Below are positions 48,789-59,202 of a stretch of DNA of 64,000 nucleotides, one piece after another. Position numbers and translations under genes: made by a program. The stretch's first letter is position 1. Each line of letters opens with the position of its first letter. The DNA lies in contig JBOEGD010000020.1 of NCBI GenBank assembly GCA_050633245.1, forward strand, positions 269,712 to 333,711, read 5' to 3'. Source of the stretch: Calditrichia bacterium (GTDB lineage Bacteria > Calditrichota > Calditrichia > RBG-13-44-9 > J075). Below the pieces are notes generated by a model. It was not told the origin of the DNA and made no database searches. It saw only the letters and a list, made by a program, of their open reading frames with translations.

Positions 48789-49862
48789 ATGCTCGATAAG
48801 CTAAAGAGTCTCGAGGACAAATTTAATAAAATTTCAGCCAGCATGGCCGATCCCGATATCGCTTCAGACCCAGACAAGTATACTCAGCTTGCCAGGGAAT
48901 ATTCCGATCTTGAGCCGGTTGTAAAAGCCTATCATCGTTATCGTGATGTATTGCAGGGAATTACAGATTCCGAGCAGATTTTACAGGAAACTAATGACGA
49001 AGAAATGAAAGAGCTTGCCAAGATGGAGCTCGATGAATTGAGAAGCGAAAGCACTTCCCTCGAAAAGAGTATACAGCAGTTGCTGGTTCCACCCGATCCA
49101 AACGACAATAAGAACCTTATTATGGAAGTTCGCGCCGGCTCTGGTGGTGATGAGGCTTCGATCTTTGCTGCAGATCTGTTTAAAATGTATGCCAGATACT
49201 GTGAGAATAATAAGTGGAAGGTCGAGTTGATTAATGCCAATGGCACTGAGCAAGGTGGTTACAAGGAAGTGACGCTTTCGGTAACGGGTAAAGGGGCTTA
49301 CGGGCGTCTGAAGTTCGAAAGTGGTGTGCACCGTGTGCAGCGCGTTCCCGAAACCGAATCCCAGGGACGTGTGCATACTTCAGCTGCGTCGATAGCCGTT
49401 CTCCCAGCAGTGGAAAATGTTGAGATTGATATTCAGGAAGCCGATTTGCGCATCGATACATTTCGTGCCAGCGGAGCTGGTGGGCAGCACGTAAACCGAA
49501 CCGAATCGGCGATTCGAATTGTGCATATTCCAACTGGCCTTATGGTCTCCTGTCAGGATGAAAAATCTCAGCACAAAAATAAGGCGAAGGCCATGAAGGT
49601 GTTGAAAGCGCGACTCTATGATATGGAGCTGCGAGCGCAACAAGAGAGTATGGCAAGCCAGCGTCGCAATATGATTCGCACCGGCGACCGCAGTGAAAAA
49701 ATTCGCACTTACAACTACCCTCAAGGACGCATAACCGATCACCGTATTGGCCTAACTCTTTATCGCCTTGATGAGGTTATGCAGGGCTCGTTAGATATGT
49801 TGATTGACGAGCTTCGCCTGGCAGATCAGGAAGAGCAGCTAAAGATAAGTGCATCAGACTAA
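48789..49862 (+). CDS. prfA: Peptide chain release factor 1
   Basis: PET (PxT) motif, GAGGQHVN, RTYNYPQGR. Confidence 0.98.
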   Translation: MLDKLKSLEDKFNKISASMADPDIASDPDKYTQLAREYSDLEPVVKAYHRYRDVLQGITDSEQILQETNDEEMKELAKMELDELRSESTSLEKSIQQLLVPPDPNDNKNLIMEVRAGSGGDEASIFAADLFKMYARYCENNKWKVELINANGTEQGGYKEVTLSVTGKGAYGRLKFESGVHRVQRVPETESQGRVHTSAASIAVLPAVENVEIDIQEADLRIDTFRASGAGGQHVNRTESAIRIVHIPTGLMVSCQDEKSQHKNKAKAMKVLKARLYDMELRAQQESMASQRRNMIRTGDRSEKIRTYNYPQGRITDHRIGLTLYRLDEVMQGSLDMLIDELRLADQEEQLKISASD

Positions 49863-49863
49863 T

Positions 49864-50724
49864 ATGACCGAAGCCTGGACGGTAAAAAAAGCCCTTCAGT
49901 GGACCACCGGCTATTTTGAATCAAAGCAAATTCCGGAGCCACGCCTTGGCGCAGAACTTCTTCTCGCCCACATTTTGCAGTGCAAACGCCTCGAGCTTTA
50001 TCTTCGTTTTGACAGTATTCTAACGCCCAATGAACGTGCCACTTATCGCGAGGTGATTTATCGCCGTGTCGAGCGTGAGCCCGTTCAGCACATACTTGGC
50101 TATACCGAATTTATGGGGTACCCGATCAAGGTGAGTCGTGAGGTGCTGGTGCCGCGTCCGGAAACAGAGCAGCTGGTCGATAAGCTGGTTGAGTTTTGTC
50201 GCGAGCATAGGATTCAAGATCCCAGGATCGTGGATATCGGCAGTGGAACTGGGTGTATTGCTATCGCCCTGAAACATCTGATGCCGGAGGCAAGCATAAC
50301 CGCAATTGAAAAAAGTGGTAAGGCTCTGGAGTTGGCAAAACAAAATGCAGCGGAAAACAATGTCGATGTTCAGTTTATCTCTGGTGATGTATTTGAGGTG
50401 TTTAACGGCGAAGCCGGATCATTTAACTTGATTGTAACCAACCCGCCATATATTACACAGGGCGATTACGATAAGCTCGAGCCGGAAGTAAAAAACTTTG
50501 AACCCATTGAAGCACTCGTGGGAGGCGCGGACGGACTGGATTTTTACCGACGTCTGGCGCCACTAGCTAAAAAATTGCTGTCTGATGATGGAAGCCTCTT
50601 CATGGAAGTTGGTTACGATCAGGCAGAGGCGGTTGCCGCACTTTTTGCCCGCGAAGGCTTTAAAACGAATACCGCAAAAGACTATAATCAAATTGACCGG
50701 GTTGTATTTGCACATCGCAAGTAG
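49864..50724 (+). CDS. prmC: Release factor glutamine methyltransferase
   Basis: EPVQHILG, VPRPETE, DIGSGTG, NPPY; follows prfA (alternative start 49849). Confidence 0.96.
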   Translation: MTEAWTVKKALQWTTGYFESKQIPEPRLGAELLLAHILQCKRLELYLRFDSILTPNERATYREVIYRRVEREPVQHILGYTEFMGYPIKVSREVLVPRPETEQLVDKLVEFCREHRIQDPRIVDIGSGTGCIAIALKHLMPEASITAIEKSGKALELAKQNAAENNVDVQFISGDVFEVFNGEAGSFNLIVTNPPYITQGDYDKLEPEVKNFEPIEALVGGADGLDFYRRLAPLAKKLLSDDGSLFMEVGYDQAEAVAALFAREGFKTNTAKDYNQIDRVVFAHRK

Positions 50725-50778
50725 AAATAATAGATGACGCGATCCGTTTGAAACATGAAAGTGAAGAAATTATAACAG

Positions 50779-52941
50779 ATGAAAAAAAGAAAAGCAGCAA
50801 AAAAAGAAAAGCAAACTAAAAATCCCTACCCCAAAAAAATACTCAGCTTTTTGAAGCGTAAAGAAGGTGAAGGCTATCGTCGTAAAGAGATATCCAAAGC
50901 TCTGAACGTTAAGAAAGCAACCTACTTCCTTTTTGATGAAGCCCTAAAAAGTTTGACCGACTCGGGTAAAGTTTTTCGCCAAAAAGGTGGACGCTATTCC
51001 TTGCTAAAGTCGCGCGAAACAGTTGTCGGTACGCTACAAATGACCCGACGTGGATTCGGGTTCGTGATTACCGAATCACTTGAAGAGGATGTGTATATCT
51101 CCGGAAAAAATCTGGAGACGGCATTTAATGGTGATGAAGTAAAAGTTGAGTTGTACAACGACTCTCGTGGGCGCAGCCGTGAAGGACGCATTGTAAAAGT
51201 AGTGAATCGCAATATAACAACCTTTGTCGGCACCTTTCAAAAGAGTGCTTACTACAGCTTTGTGAATCCCGATAATAATCGCGTGAGTCAGGATTTTCTG
51301 GTACCGGCTGAACATGATGGCGGTGCAAAAAACGGACAAAAGGTTGTCATCGAACTGCTGGGTTGGGATCCAAAACGTCCGAACCCGGAAGCGAAGATTG
51401 TTGAAATCTTAGGCTACCCCGATGAGCCGGGCGTCGATGTTTCCTCTATTGTAAAGGGACATGGATTGCCATTGGTTTTTTCGAATGCAATCGAGAAAGA
51501 AGCCGCGAAGATGAAGCTGCGCATCACCAAGCAGGAATTGAGCAATCGACTGGATTTGCGCGACAAGTTAATCTTCACCGTCGACCCACACGATGCCAAA
51601 GACTTTGATGATGCTATATCGCTCGAAGAACTTGAGAACGGAAATCAGCTGCTTGGTGTGCACATTGCCGATGTCAGCTTTTTTGTGGAGGAAGGTTCGC
51701 GTCTCGATAGAGAAGCGCTTAGCCGAGCCACAAGCATCTATTTGGTAGACCGAGTAATCCCAATGCTGCCAGAACACCTGTCGAATAAGCTATGTAGCCT
51801 GCAGCCGAATGTCGACCGAATGGCATTTAGTTGCTTTATGGAGTTGGATGCTAAATGTGATGTGGTCGATTATGATGTGCGCACATCTGTAATCAACAGC
51901 AAGCGTCGCTTCACCTATGAGGAGGTGCAGGAAATATTCGATGATAAAAAGTCGAAAGATGAATACGCTGAAATTTTAGGCAAAATGCACGCGCTTAGTC
52001 GCAAGCTGCGCGATTTACGCAGCCGAAATGGTAGCATCGACTTTAGCACGGCGGAAGTGAAGTTTGTTCTGAATGAAAAAGGTGAACCAATAGATATCGT
52101 GCCGCAAACCAGCGATCACAGCCATCAGATGATTGAAGAATTTATGCTAATGGCAAATCAGACCGTTACGAAGGTGGTTCATCGTCGCCGTAAAGATGGT
52201 CGCAAGGCCAAGCCATTGCCGTTTGTCTATCGCAATCATGAAACGCCGAGTCCGGAAAAACTGCAAAACTTTCGCACATTTCTGAATGCACTCGGTTATA
52301 AGGTGAACATTCCAAACGATATTAGCCCGGCTGAATTTCAGAAAATACTGAATCAGTTTGAAGGAAAAAGCGATGAGAGCCTGATCAAGGTTGTTGCTCT
52401 GCGCACCATGATGAAGGCCATGTATGGCACACGTAATACAGGGCACTTTGGCCTTGCCTTTGATAACTATGCCCACTTTACCTCACCGATTCGTCGCTAT
52501 CCGGATTTAGCAGTACATCGTCTGATTAAAGAGTATGCCCGCGGACCGATTGCTCCGGCTCGTCGTAGTACGATTGATAAGAAATTGACGAAGATCTGTC
52601 AGATCTCCTCCCAGCGTGAACGCGCTGCAATGGAAGCCGAACGCGACAGCATTCGACTGAAGCAGGTGGAATGGCTGATGAAGCATAAGGATCAGGAGTT
52701 TGAGGGTATTGTCTCCGGCGTCACATCTTTTGGCGTTTTCGTGGAAACACAGCCGTATCTGATCGAAGGTCTCATTCGCATGGACGAGCTTTCGGATGAC
52801 TACTATGTCTTCAATGAAAAAACCTATACCATGGTTGGTAGGGATAAAGGTCGTAAAATTCGTCTGGGAGATCCGATGCGAGTTAAGGTTGCGCATATTG
52901 ATCGCGAGACGAATGAAATCGACTTTCGCATGGTGGACTGA
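50779..52941 (+). CDS. rnr: Ribonuclease R
   Basis: HTH and CSD domains, DPHDAKDFDDA, IEEFMLMAN, HFTSPIRRYPDL, S1 domain. Confidence 0.96.
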   Translation: MKKRKAAKKEKQTKNPYPKKILSFLKRKEGEGYRRKEISKALNVKKATYFLFDEALKSLTDSGKVFRQKGGRYSLLKSRETVVGTLQMTRRGFGFVITESLEEDVYISGKNLETAFNGDEVKVELYNDSRGRSREGRIVKVVNRNITTFVGTFQKSAYYSFVNPDNNRVSQDFLVPAEHDGGAKNGQKVVIELLGWDPKRPNPEAKIVEILGYPDEPGVDVSSIVKGHGLPLVFSNAIEKEAAKMKLRITKQELSNRLDLRDKLIFTVDPHDAKDFDDAISLEELENGNQLLGVHIADVSFFVEEGSRLDREALSRATSIYLVDRVIPMLPEHLSNKLCSLQPNVDRMAFSCFMELDAKCDVVDYDVRTSVINSKRRFTYEEVQEIFDDKKSKDEYAEILGKMHALSRKLRDLRSRNGSIDFSTAEVKFVLNEKGEPIDIVPQTSDHSHQMIEEFMLMANQTVTKVVHRRRKDGRKAKPLPFVYRNHETPSPEKLQNFRTFLNALGYKVNIPNDISPAEFQKILNQFEGKSDESLIKVVALRTMMKAMYGTRNTGHFGLAFDNYAHFTSPIRRYPDLAVHRLIKEYARGPIAPARRSTIDKKLTKICQISSQRERAAMEAERDSIRLKQVEWLMKHKDQEFEGIVSGVTSFGVFVETQPYLIEGLIRMDELSDDYYVFNEKTYTMVGRDKGRKIRLGDPMRVKVAHIDRETNEIDFRMVD

Positions 52942-52993
52942 TACGACCCGGTGAGTGGGAGGAGCGGGCGCTTTATCTATAGGGTGCTTCGCT

Positions 52994-53172
52994 GGTTCAA
53001 AGTTCAAGGTTCAAAGTTTTTATTCTGCCCAAAGTCCAAGTGCCTAACTTGTCTTCGACTCTCACTGCTGCTGCCCGTTTCTCACCTTCTTTTCTGGCAA
53101 GCTGCACCGTTGAGCAATTAGGTTATACCTTCCATCTTGAGAGTCCACTTTTCAAACTTTGAACTTGGAACT
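52994..53172. repeat. Inverted heptamer-repeat arrays flanking ~135 bp of intergenic DNA
   Basis: (G/A)GTTCAA x3 at 52994-53019; AAACTTTGAACTTGGAACT at 53154-53172 is 17/19 complementary. Confidence 0.6.
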
Positions 53173-53338
53173 CCCAACTTTATTTATCCAATAAATATCC
53201 AAATCCGAAATCCGGTAATTCTTCACAAATCTATCTGCGTTTTGTAGTATTATTACCAACGTGTTTCAGGCCCGGGAGGCGCCCCGAAACCGTTCTTGCC
53301 AGAATACACACAGAATGTTCCCGCAAAAGGAGTTGTTG

Positions 53339-55144
53339 ATGAAGAATACCCCTCACATTGAGGTGCCGTTGCCAGATATTGTATTGAACAAAGGAGCAAA
53401 TGCTGCTTCGCTTGAGATGTCCAATACTGGTGGGCGCTTTTTGACCAACCGTAGTGGGGCGGAAAATATTTTTACGCGCGAAAAGCTCAGTGAAGAGCAA
53501 CGCACGATGCAGCAAACGGTGCAGAGCTTTGCACGCGATGAGGTAGCTCCCAAGTCACCTGATATAAGCACCTTTGACGCAAAAACCACAAAAAATCTTT
53601 TAAAGCGAGCGGCTAAGTTGGGTCTGCTCTCCGCTGACGTAGAAGATGGTTACGATCTGGTTAGCTTAAATAGTATTGCATCTGCAATGATCTCCGAGTC
53701 TTTTGCCATTGGCAATAGTCCGGAGTTCTCCAGTATGCTCGCCGCACAGTCTGAAAATTTATTGACTCCTCTTATTCTCTATAGCAGCGAGGAGCAGCGC
53801 TCGTCAATATTAAAAAAGCTTTTGAGTGGAGACGCTACCGCGGCCTATCAGCTGCTCTGCGACAAACAGCCGCTCTCTGCGCGAGTCTCCGCAGATAAGA
53901 CGGCTTATATCATTTCGGGCAAAGCGCACTTTGTTTCAGGTGGTGAGAATGATGGTTTTTTGCTGATTCTTGCTGATGTCGATGGACAAGCTACAGTGCT
54001 TTTGGTTCCAAACAACCAGCAGGGTTTACAGTTCAATAAGGAATCTGTACATCAACGACCTGATGGTCTTTATCGCCAGGAAGTCTCTTTCGAAGATGTT
54101 CGAATTACAAAACAGCAAGTTGTTCACAGTGTCGGTGGAGGCAAGGCCGTTGTTGAAAGCACCTACAATCTTGGTCGATTAAAGCGTTCCGCCAGTATGT
54201 TGGGACACTGTAAACAAAATATAAATTTGGCTCTTCATCACGCGTTGGAAAGCCGTCGTTTTAGCCGCGCCATTGCTCATTACAATTTAACCAAAGGCAA
54301 ATTTGCTGATATGGTGCTGCAAACCTATGCTCTCGACAGTATGGTTTATCGTACCGCCGGGTACTTAAACCAATCGGTTATGCGCACACCGGGAGACGAC
54401 AATCGCTTTCATGAAGAACTTCTTCAGGCGAGTGAGCAGTTCTCAATCGAGTGCTCGATTATCAAGCTGTTTGGAGCGCAGGCCCTTCAAATAACCAGCG
54501 ACGCACGTCGTGCTGTGCGAAATAGTACCAAGCCGCTGGATCAGAAAGACGAAGGACGCAGGATGCAGGACGACAAGCTGGAATACTTTCTGAACACCGC
54601 AAAAGAAACCAGTCGTCAGCAGATTACAGAATTCTTTTTGGAAAAAACGCTTATTGATGAACTACCGCTCAGGCAGCGTGTTCGACAAATCCATAATGGC
54701 GCCGAGCGGAAAGTGGCCGGCATGAGTCCACTTGCGGCTGAGGTTGATGCGCTGGAGATCGCCAAGCAACTTACGATCTACTTGTTTAACCAGGCGCTCG
54801 TAACGCTGGGAAAAGATTTGCTGAATCAACAGCAAATTGTAGAGCTTTTGTCAAATCTTTTCATCGATATTTATGCGATGGACAGCAGTATTTGCCGTGC
54901 CAGACAACATCCCGAGAATACGGTTCATACAAAAATCGTAAAGGCTTTTTGCGTAGAGCGCATTCTTGATGTTGGCCATCGTGTAGAGCTGGCACTTTAT
55001 AGCATCTTCGGCGGTTCACGCCTGGAAAAAGCACTTGGGCGTTTGTATTCGTCTAAAGAGCAAATGAATCTGAAATACAATGTATTCAAGCTGAAACAGG
55101 AGATTGCTGAGCACTTATACAGCAATCAAACATACTGTTACTAG
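53339..55144 (+). CDS. Acyl-CoA dehydrogenase (FadE-like) homologue with degenerate FAD/catalytic motifs
   Basis: GGRFL..IFTRE.LSEEQ, NLGRLK, SIECSIIK, IYAMDS; the TEPxAGSD, HGGxG and IFEGTNE motifs are missing. Confidence 0.8.
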   Translation: MKNTPHIEVPLPDIVLNKGANAASLEMSNTGGRFLTNRSGAENIFTREKLSEEQRTMQQTVQSFARDEVAPKSPDISTFDAKTTKNLLKRAAKLGLLSADVEDGYDLVSLNSIASAMISESFAIGNSPEFSSMLAAQSENLLTPLILYSSEEQRSSILKKLLSGDATAAYQLLCDKQPLSARVSADKTAYIISGKAHFVSGGENDGFLLILADVDGQATVLLVPNNQQGLQFNKESVHQRPDGLYRQEVSFEDVRITKQQVVHSVGGGKAVVESTYNLGRLKRSASMLGHCKQNINLALHHALESRRFSRAIAHYNLTKGKFADMVLQTYALDSMVYRTAGYLNQSVMRTPGDDNRFHEELLQASEQFSIECSIIKLFGAQALQITSDARRAVRNSTKPLDQKDEGRRMQDDKLEYFLNTAKETSRQQITEFFLEKTLIDELPLRQRVRQIHNGAERKVAGMSPLAAEVDALEIAKQLTIYLFNQALVTLGKDLLNQQQIVELLSNLFIDIYAMDSSICRARQHPENTVHTKIVKAFCVERILDVGHRVELALYSIFGGSRLEKALGRLYSSKEQMNLKYNVFKLKQEIAEHLYSNQTYCY

Positions 55145-55210
55145 TATCTGACGTAAAACTATCTTGTAAAAAACAATAAATCATAGTCTACAACTTTCTG
55201 AGATGCGATA

Positions 55211-56356
55211 ATGGCGGATTCTCTGTACCCCTCTTTTATCATCGACGCAATTCGCAGTCCTATCGGTTTACACGATGGGCAATTAGCTGCAATTCGTCCG
55301 GATGACCTTCTTGCTCAGGTGCTAAGTCGCCTGATCGATCGGAACTCTGCTTTTTCGCCTGATCAGGTAGAAGAAATTTTGCTGGGATGTGCATTTCCCG
55401 AAGGTGCACAGGGACAGTTAGTTGCACGCGCGGCTGCGCTTCTTGCGGGGCTGCCGCCAACAACCTGTGCTACTGTTATTAACCGCTTGAGCGGGTCTTC
55501 GCTAACGGCTTTGGTGCAAGCAAATGCTACTATTCGAATGGGCAATGCACAAGCACTTGTGGCTTCGGGAATAGAGCATATGGGCTGCGTTCCGGATGGA
55601 GGATTTAATCCGGGATTTCACCCGCAGCTGCGTACGCAAAACTACTACATAAATCAAGGCGAAGTAGCAGAGTCCCTTGCCAAAGAAGCAGGAATAAGTC
55701 GTGCAGCACAGGAACAATATGCCATAAGTTCACATGAAAAAGCACTTGAGGCCTGGGAAAGTGGACGCTATAGCGAAGAGGTTGTTCCAATCGAACTACG
55801 CGAATTACTTGTCGATCGCGATGAAGGCCCGGTCTACCCTAATGCAGAAGAATATACGCGCGAACAGCCCTCCTTTCTGAAAGATGGGACAATTACTGCT
55901 TCTACCACGGCCAGGCCGGCTATTGGTGCATCGGCGGTTTTACTCGCGAGTGAGCTGTTTGTTAAGGAGTATCGATTAAAACCTCGTGCCCGTATTTTAA
56001 GCAGCGCGGTGTGTGGCGTCCACTGGCAGCAGAGCGGCCTTGGTCCGCTTTCGGCGGTTGAGATGGCGCTTCAGCGTGCTGAATTGACTTTGGATAATAT
56101 TGGTGCAATTGAGCTGCATGAGGCATTTGCCGGACAGGCGCTTTATGTCTTAAATCGTGGGAAATGGCCGTTGAAAAAAACCAATCGTCTGGGCGGTTCA
56201 TTGGCTTTCGGACATCCGGTTGGTTGTACCGGCGGCAGATTGATCTCAACACTTTTAAATGTGATGGAGTACGAATCGTTACGCTATGGACTTGCAGCAA
56301 CGTCAATTAGCGGCGGACAGGGAATAGCCGTAGTACTTGAACGAATAGAGGAATAG
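55211..56356 (+). CDS. Thiolase (FadA-like) homologue with both catalytic Cys replaced by Ser
   Basis: DAIRSPIG, RPDDL, NRLSGSS (normally NRxC), HEAFA, GHPVG, TSISGGQG (normally MCIGGGQG). Confidence 0.85.
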   Translation: MADSLYPSFIIDAIRSPIGLHDGQLAAIRPDDLLAQVLSRLIDRNSAFSPDQVEEILLGCAFPEGAQGQLVARAAALLAGLPPTTCATVINRLSGSSLTALVQANATIRMGNAQALVASGIEHMGCVPDGGFNPGFHPQLRTQNYYINQGEVAESLAKEAGISRAAQEQYAISSHEKALEAWESGRYSEEVVPIELRELLVDRDEGPVYPNAEEYTREQPSFLKDGTITASTTARPAIGASAVLLASELFVKEYRLKPRARILSSAVCGVHWQQSGLGPLSAVEMALQRAELTLDNIGAIELHEAFAGQALYVLNRGKWPLKKTNRLGGSLAFGHPVGCTGGRLISTLLNVMEYESLRYGLAATSISGGQGIAVVLERIEE

Positions 56357-56361
56357 TCGCC

Positions 56362-58755
56362 ATGACGAGCATTAAACGTGTCGCGATTCTTGGTGCTGGT
56401 GTGTCCGGTGGACAATTAGCCGCACTCTTTTCGAATGCTGGCTTTGAAACACTCTTGTATGATCTCACTCAGGAACTTGTTGAGGAGCAGTTAAAGCATC
56501 TGCAGGAAACGGTGCCTTCTCCATTCTTTTCGGCGCGCTGTGCACGCAAGGTAAAGGCATGTAACTACCGGGAGCACCTTGCTGAACTGGCAACAGTCGA
56601 TTGGGTAATTGAATCTATTGTTGAGCGGCCTGAAGCAAAGCAGGAACTTTTTGCCTCAATCGCCAAGGTCATTCGTCCCGACGCAATTATCTCCACAAAT
56701 ACCTCTGGTTTATCCGTCAATTCATTATCTGGTTATCTTCCGGTCGCCTCACGTGAATACTTCTGTAGTACTCATTTCCTCAATCCACCACGCTATCGTG
56801 AACTGGTAGAAATTATTCAAGCAGAAGAGACGCTGCCGGAAGTGATCGAACTCCTCGAAAAAACTTGTCGAGAGCGTCTTGGTAAGCAGGTTCTCTTTGC
56901 TTCCGATACGCCATACTTTGTTGCTAATCGCATAGGCGTCCACGCTATTATGTCGGCCCTGAACATTGCTGATGATATGTCATTTAACGTCTCGCTCGCC
57001 GATGCATTAACCGGCGCGGCTTTGGGAAGAGCTGATGCCGCCGTTTTTCGAATGGCAGATTTGATTGGCCTGGACACGCTGGTTTTGATGTCTACAAATA
57101 TCTCAGGCGCTCTTCCAGCAGATGCCGCAAGCGATGTCTTTGAAATTCCGGAGTATATGCGCCTGATGATCTCGCGAGACTGGCTTGGAACAAAGACCAA
57201 ACAGGGTTTTTATAAAGAAGTAAATGGTCTTAAAGAAACGCTTAATCGTGCAAGTATGGAGTATGAGCCATACGATAACCCCGTTTCGTCTGCGCTTGAG
57301 CTTGCGGCAGAATATCATACCACGCCAGGTAAAATCAGCGAGATCGTTGATTATCCTGATGCCGGTGGCGAGTTTACCTGGCGCTGGCTGTCCAGCGTGT
57401 TTCTTTATGCCGCCAACCGAATTCCCGAAGTAAGCCGCGATATCTTAACAATAGACCAGGCTATGAAATGGGGTTTTGGCTGGGAGCTGGGGCCATTTGA
57501 ACTTTGGGACGCTATCGGCGTCGAAAAGATGGTGGATCGTATGCGGGCCGATGGAAGAGATATTCCGGAGTGGATAGAGGCAATGCTGCATGAAAACTGC
57601 TATTCATTTTATAAAATTGATAGTGGGCAATCGTTTTATTTTGATACGTACTACGGCGAGATCCAGCCAATAATACAGCCCGACAATGTGCTGCGTTTAA
57701 ACTTGCTGAAAGAACAGTGTAATATCCTTGAAGATAATTGGGGGGCGTCTCTGGTCGATATCGGAGACGGGGTTCTGTGTGTGGAGTTTCACAGCATTGC
57801 ACCAATCGGAACCAATCCAATAGATTCTGCTACTCTGGATATATTGGAGGATGGACTTGAGCTGCTCGAGAGCGGTGATTACGTTGGATTGGTTCTCGCA
57901 AACGAGTCGCAGCATTTTTCTAATGGCCTAAACTTACCTGCATTAATCAAGCTGATTCAGGAAAAGCGTTGGGATACGCTGGAGCGTCGCAGTAAGCGCT
58001 ATCAGGATATCGCTCAGGCGCTACGCTATACGCCTTATCCAATCGTTGCCGCACCTCATCATTATACCACATTTCAGGGGCTTGAACTTGCACTCGCATG
58101 TGATAAGCGGACCGCATTCTCTGAGCTCTACTGTGGATTTACAGATATTCAACTTGGCCTGCTTCCGTTTGGCTCGGGAATTCTACAAATTCTCCGCAAT
58201 TATTATCTGCAGATGAAAAGCGAAAACCCCGGTCCCTTTCCACCTGTGCGTAAAGCATTTGATTGGTTTTGGCAGGGAAATGTTTCAAGCTCGGCGCTGG
58301 AGGCGCTGGAAGAAGGATTGTTGAGAAATTCTGACCGTATTATTCTCAATCGACGATACCTGCTGGCAACAGCACGGAATTTGGTGGTTGAGATGGCTGC
58401 GACATATAGTCCGCCATCAAAAGAAACAACATTTATATTACCAGGCGAGCCGGGGCGACTTGTTTTGCAAGATGCAATTGATCAGCAGGTACAGATAGGA
58501 CAGGTAGATGCTCATACCGGAATGCTCGCGAATAAGCTGGCATTTATTCTTTGCGGTGGCAACTCTGCAGGAACTCTACAACCAATAACTGAACAAATGC
58601 TGTTGGATTTAGAGCGTGAGGCTTTCCTTCAGATCTGTTCTGATCCCGCTACGCTACCTCGCCTGCTGAGTGCTTTGGTTTCCGGGAGCCTTCCACAGAA
58701 AAACCTAATGCGCGGCATAGACAGCCTACGGGATAAGAAACGATTAATAGCATAA
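56362..58755 (+). CDS. 3-hydroxyacyl-CoA dehydrogenase/enoyl-CoA hydratase fusion (FadN-like), hydratase domain degenerate
   Basis: GAGVSG, NTSGL, HFLNPPRY..LVE, ANRIG, WELGPFELWD, LLDLEREAF. Confidence 0.88.
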   Translation: MTSIKRVAILGAGVSGGQLAALFSNAGFETLLYDLTQELVEEQLKHLQETVPSPFFSARCARKVKACNYREHLAELATVDWVIESIVERPEAKQELFASIAKVIRPDAIISTNTSGLSVNSLSGYLPVASREYFCSTHFLNPPRYRELVEIIQAEETLPEVIELLEKTCRERLGKQVLFASDTPYFVANRIGVHAIMSALNIADDMSFNVSLADALTGAALGRADAAVFRMADLIGLDTLVLMSTNISGALPADAASDVFEIPEYMRLMISRDWLGTKTKQGFYKEVNGLKETLNRASMEYEPYDNPVSSALELAAEYHTTPGKISEIVDYPDAGGEFTWRWLSSVFLYAANRIPEVSRDILTIDQAMKWGFGWELGPFELWDAIGVEKMVDRMRADGRDIPEWIEAMLHENCYSFYKIDSGQSFYFDTYYGEIQPIIQPDNVLRLNLLKEQCNILEDNWGASLVDIGDGVLCVEFHSIAPIGTNPIDSATLDILEDGLELLESGDYVGLVLANESQHFSNGLNLPALIKLIQEKRWDTLERRSKRYQDIAQALRYTPYPIVAAPHHYTTFQGLELALACDKRTAFSELYCGFTDIQLGLLPFGSGILQILRNYYLQMKSENPGPFPPVRKAFDWFWQGNVSSSALEALEEGLLRNSDRIILNRRYLLATARNLVVEMAATYSPPSKETTFILPGEPGRLVLQDAIDQQVQIGQVDAHTGMLANKLAFILCGGNSAGTLQPITEQMLLDLEREAFLQICSDPATLPRLLSALVSGSLPQKNLMRGIDSLRDKKRLIA

Positions 58756-59202
58756 CTAGTTTTGTATCGCCGGGTTGGGTTTCTTCTCCATTACCAAATT
58801 GAAGATGATCCAGCCTGAATCTGTCCGCAGTAAATTGTAGTATGCTCTGATGCGCTCAGACTTGCTGACCAGAAGAGCTGTTACCGTGCCAACGGAACCT
58901 GAGATGTCCATATTTTTAATTTTCACTTCCGTTGGAACTCCGCCCATATTTTTCATTTTGAAAGACTCCAAAAATGCGCTTCGTGAATAAAGCCCCATTT
59001 CATTTTTCGAGCTTATACCTGCCTGAAACCTGGGGTGTAGTCTTTCACCAATCTCTTCAACATTCTGTACGATGATGTTTTGATTAAAGGTGTTAATTAA
59101 TTCTTCCACTTTTTCGATTTCGTGTTCGCCTCCGGCAAATAGCGGTGCAGAAATGAGGTAAGAAAGAATGAGTAAAAAAAGGGTCGCATATCGATTACGC
59201 AT
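58756..59202 (-). CDS. Secreted NTF2-like (lumazine-binding/DUF4440-like) protein
   Basis: Signal peptide; NTF2-type C-terminus (YNLLRTDSGWII); GGAGA RBS before ATG 59202. Confidence 0.65.
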   Translation of the reverse strand: MRNRYATLFLLILSYLISAPLFAGGEHEIEKVEELINTFNQNIIVQNVEEIGERLHPRFQAGISSKNEMGLYSRSAFLESFKMKNMGGVPTEVKIKNMDISGSVGTVTALLVSKSERIRAYYNLLRTDSGWIIFNLVMEKKPNPAIQN

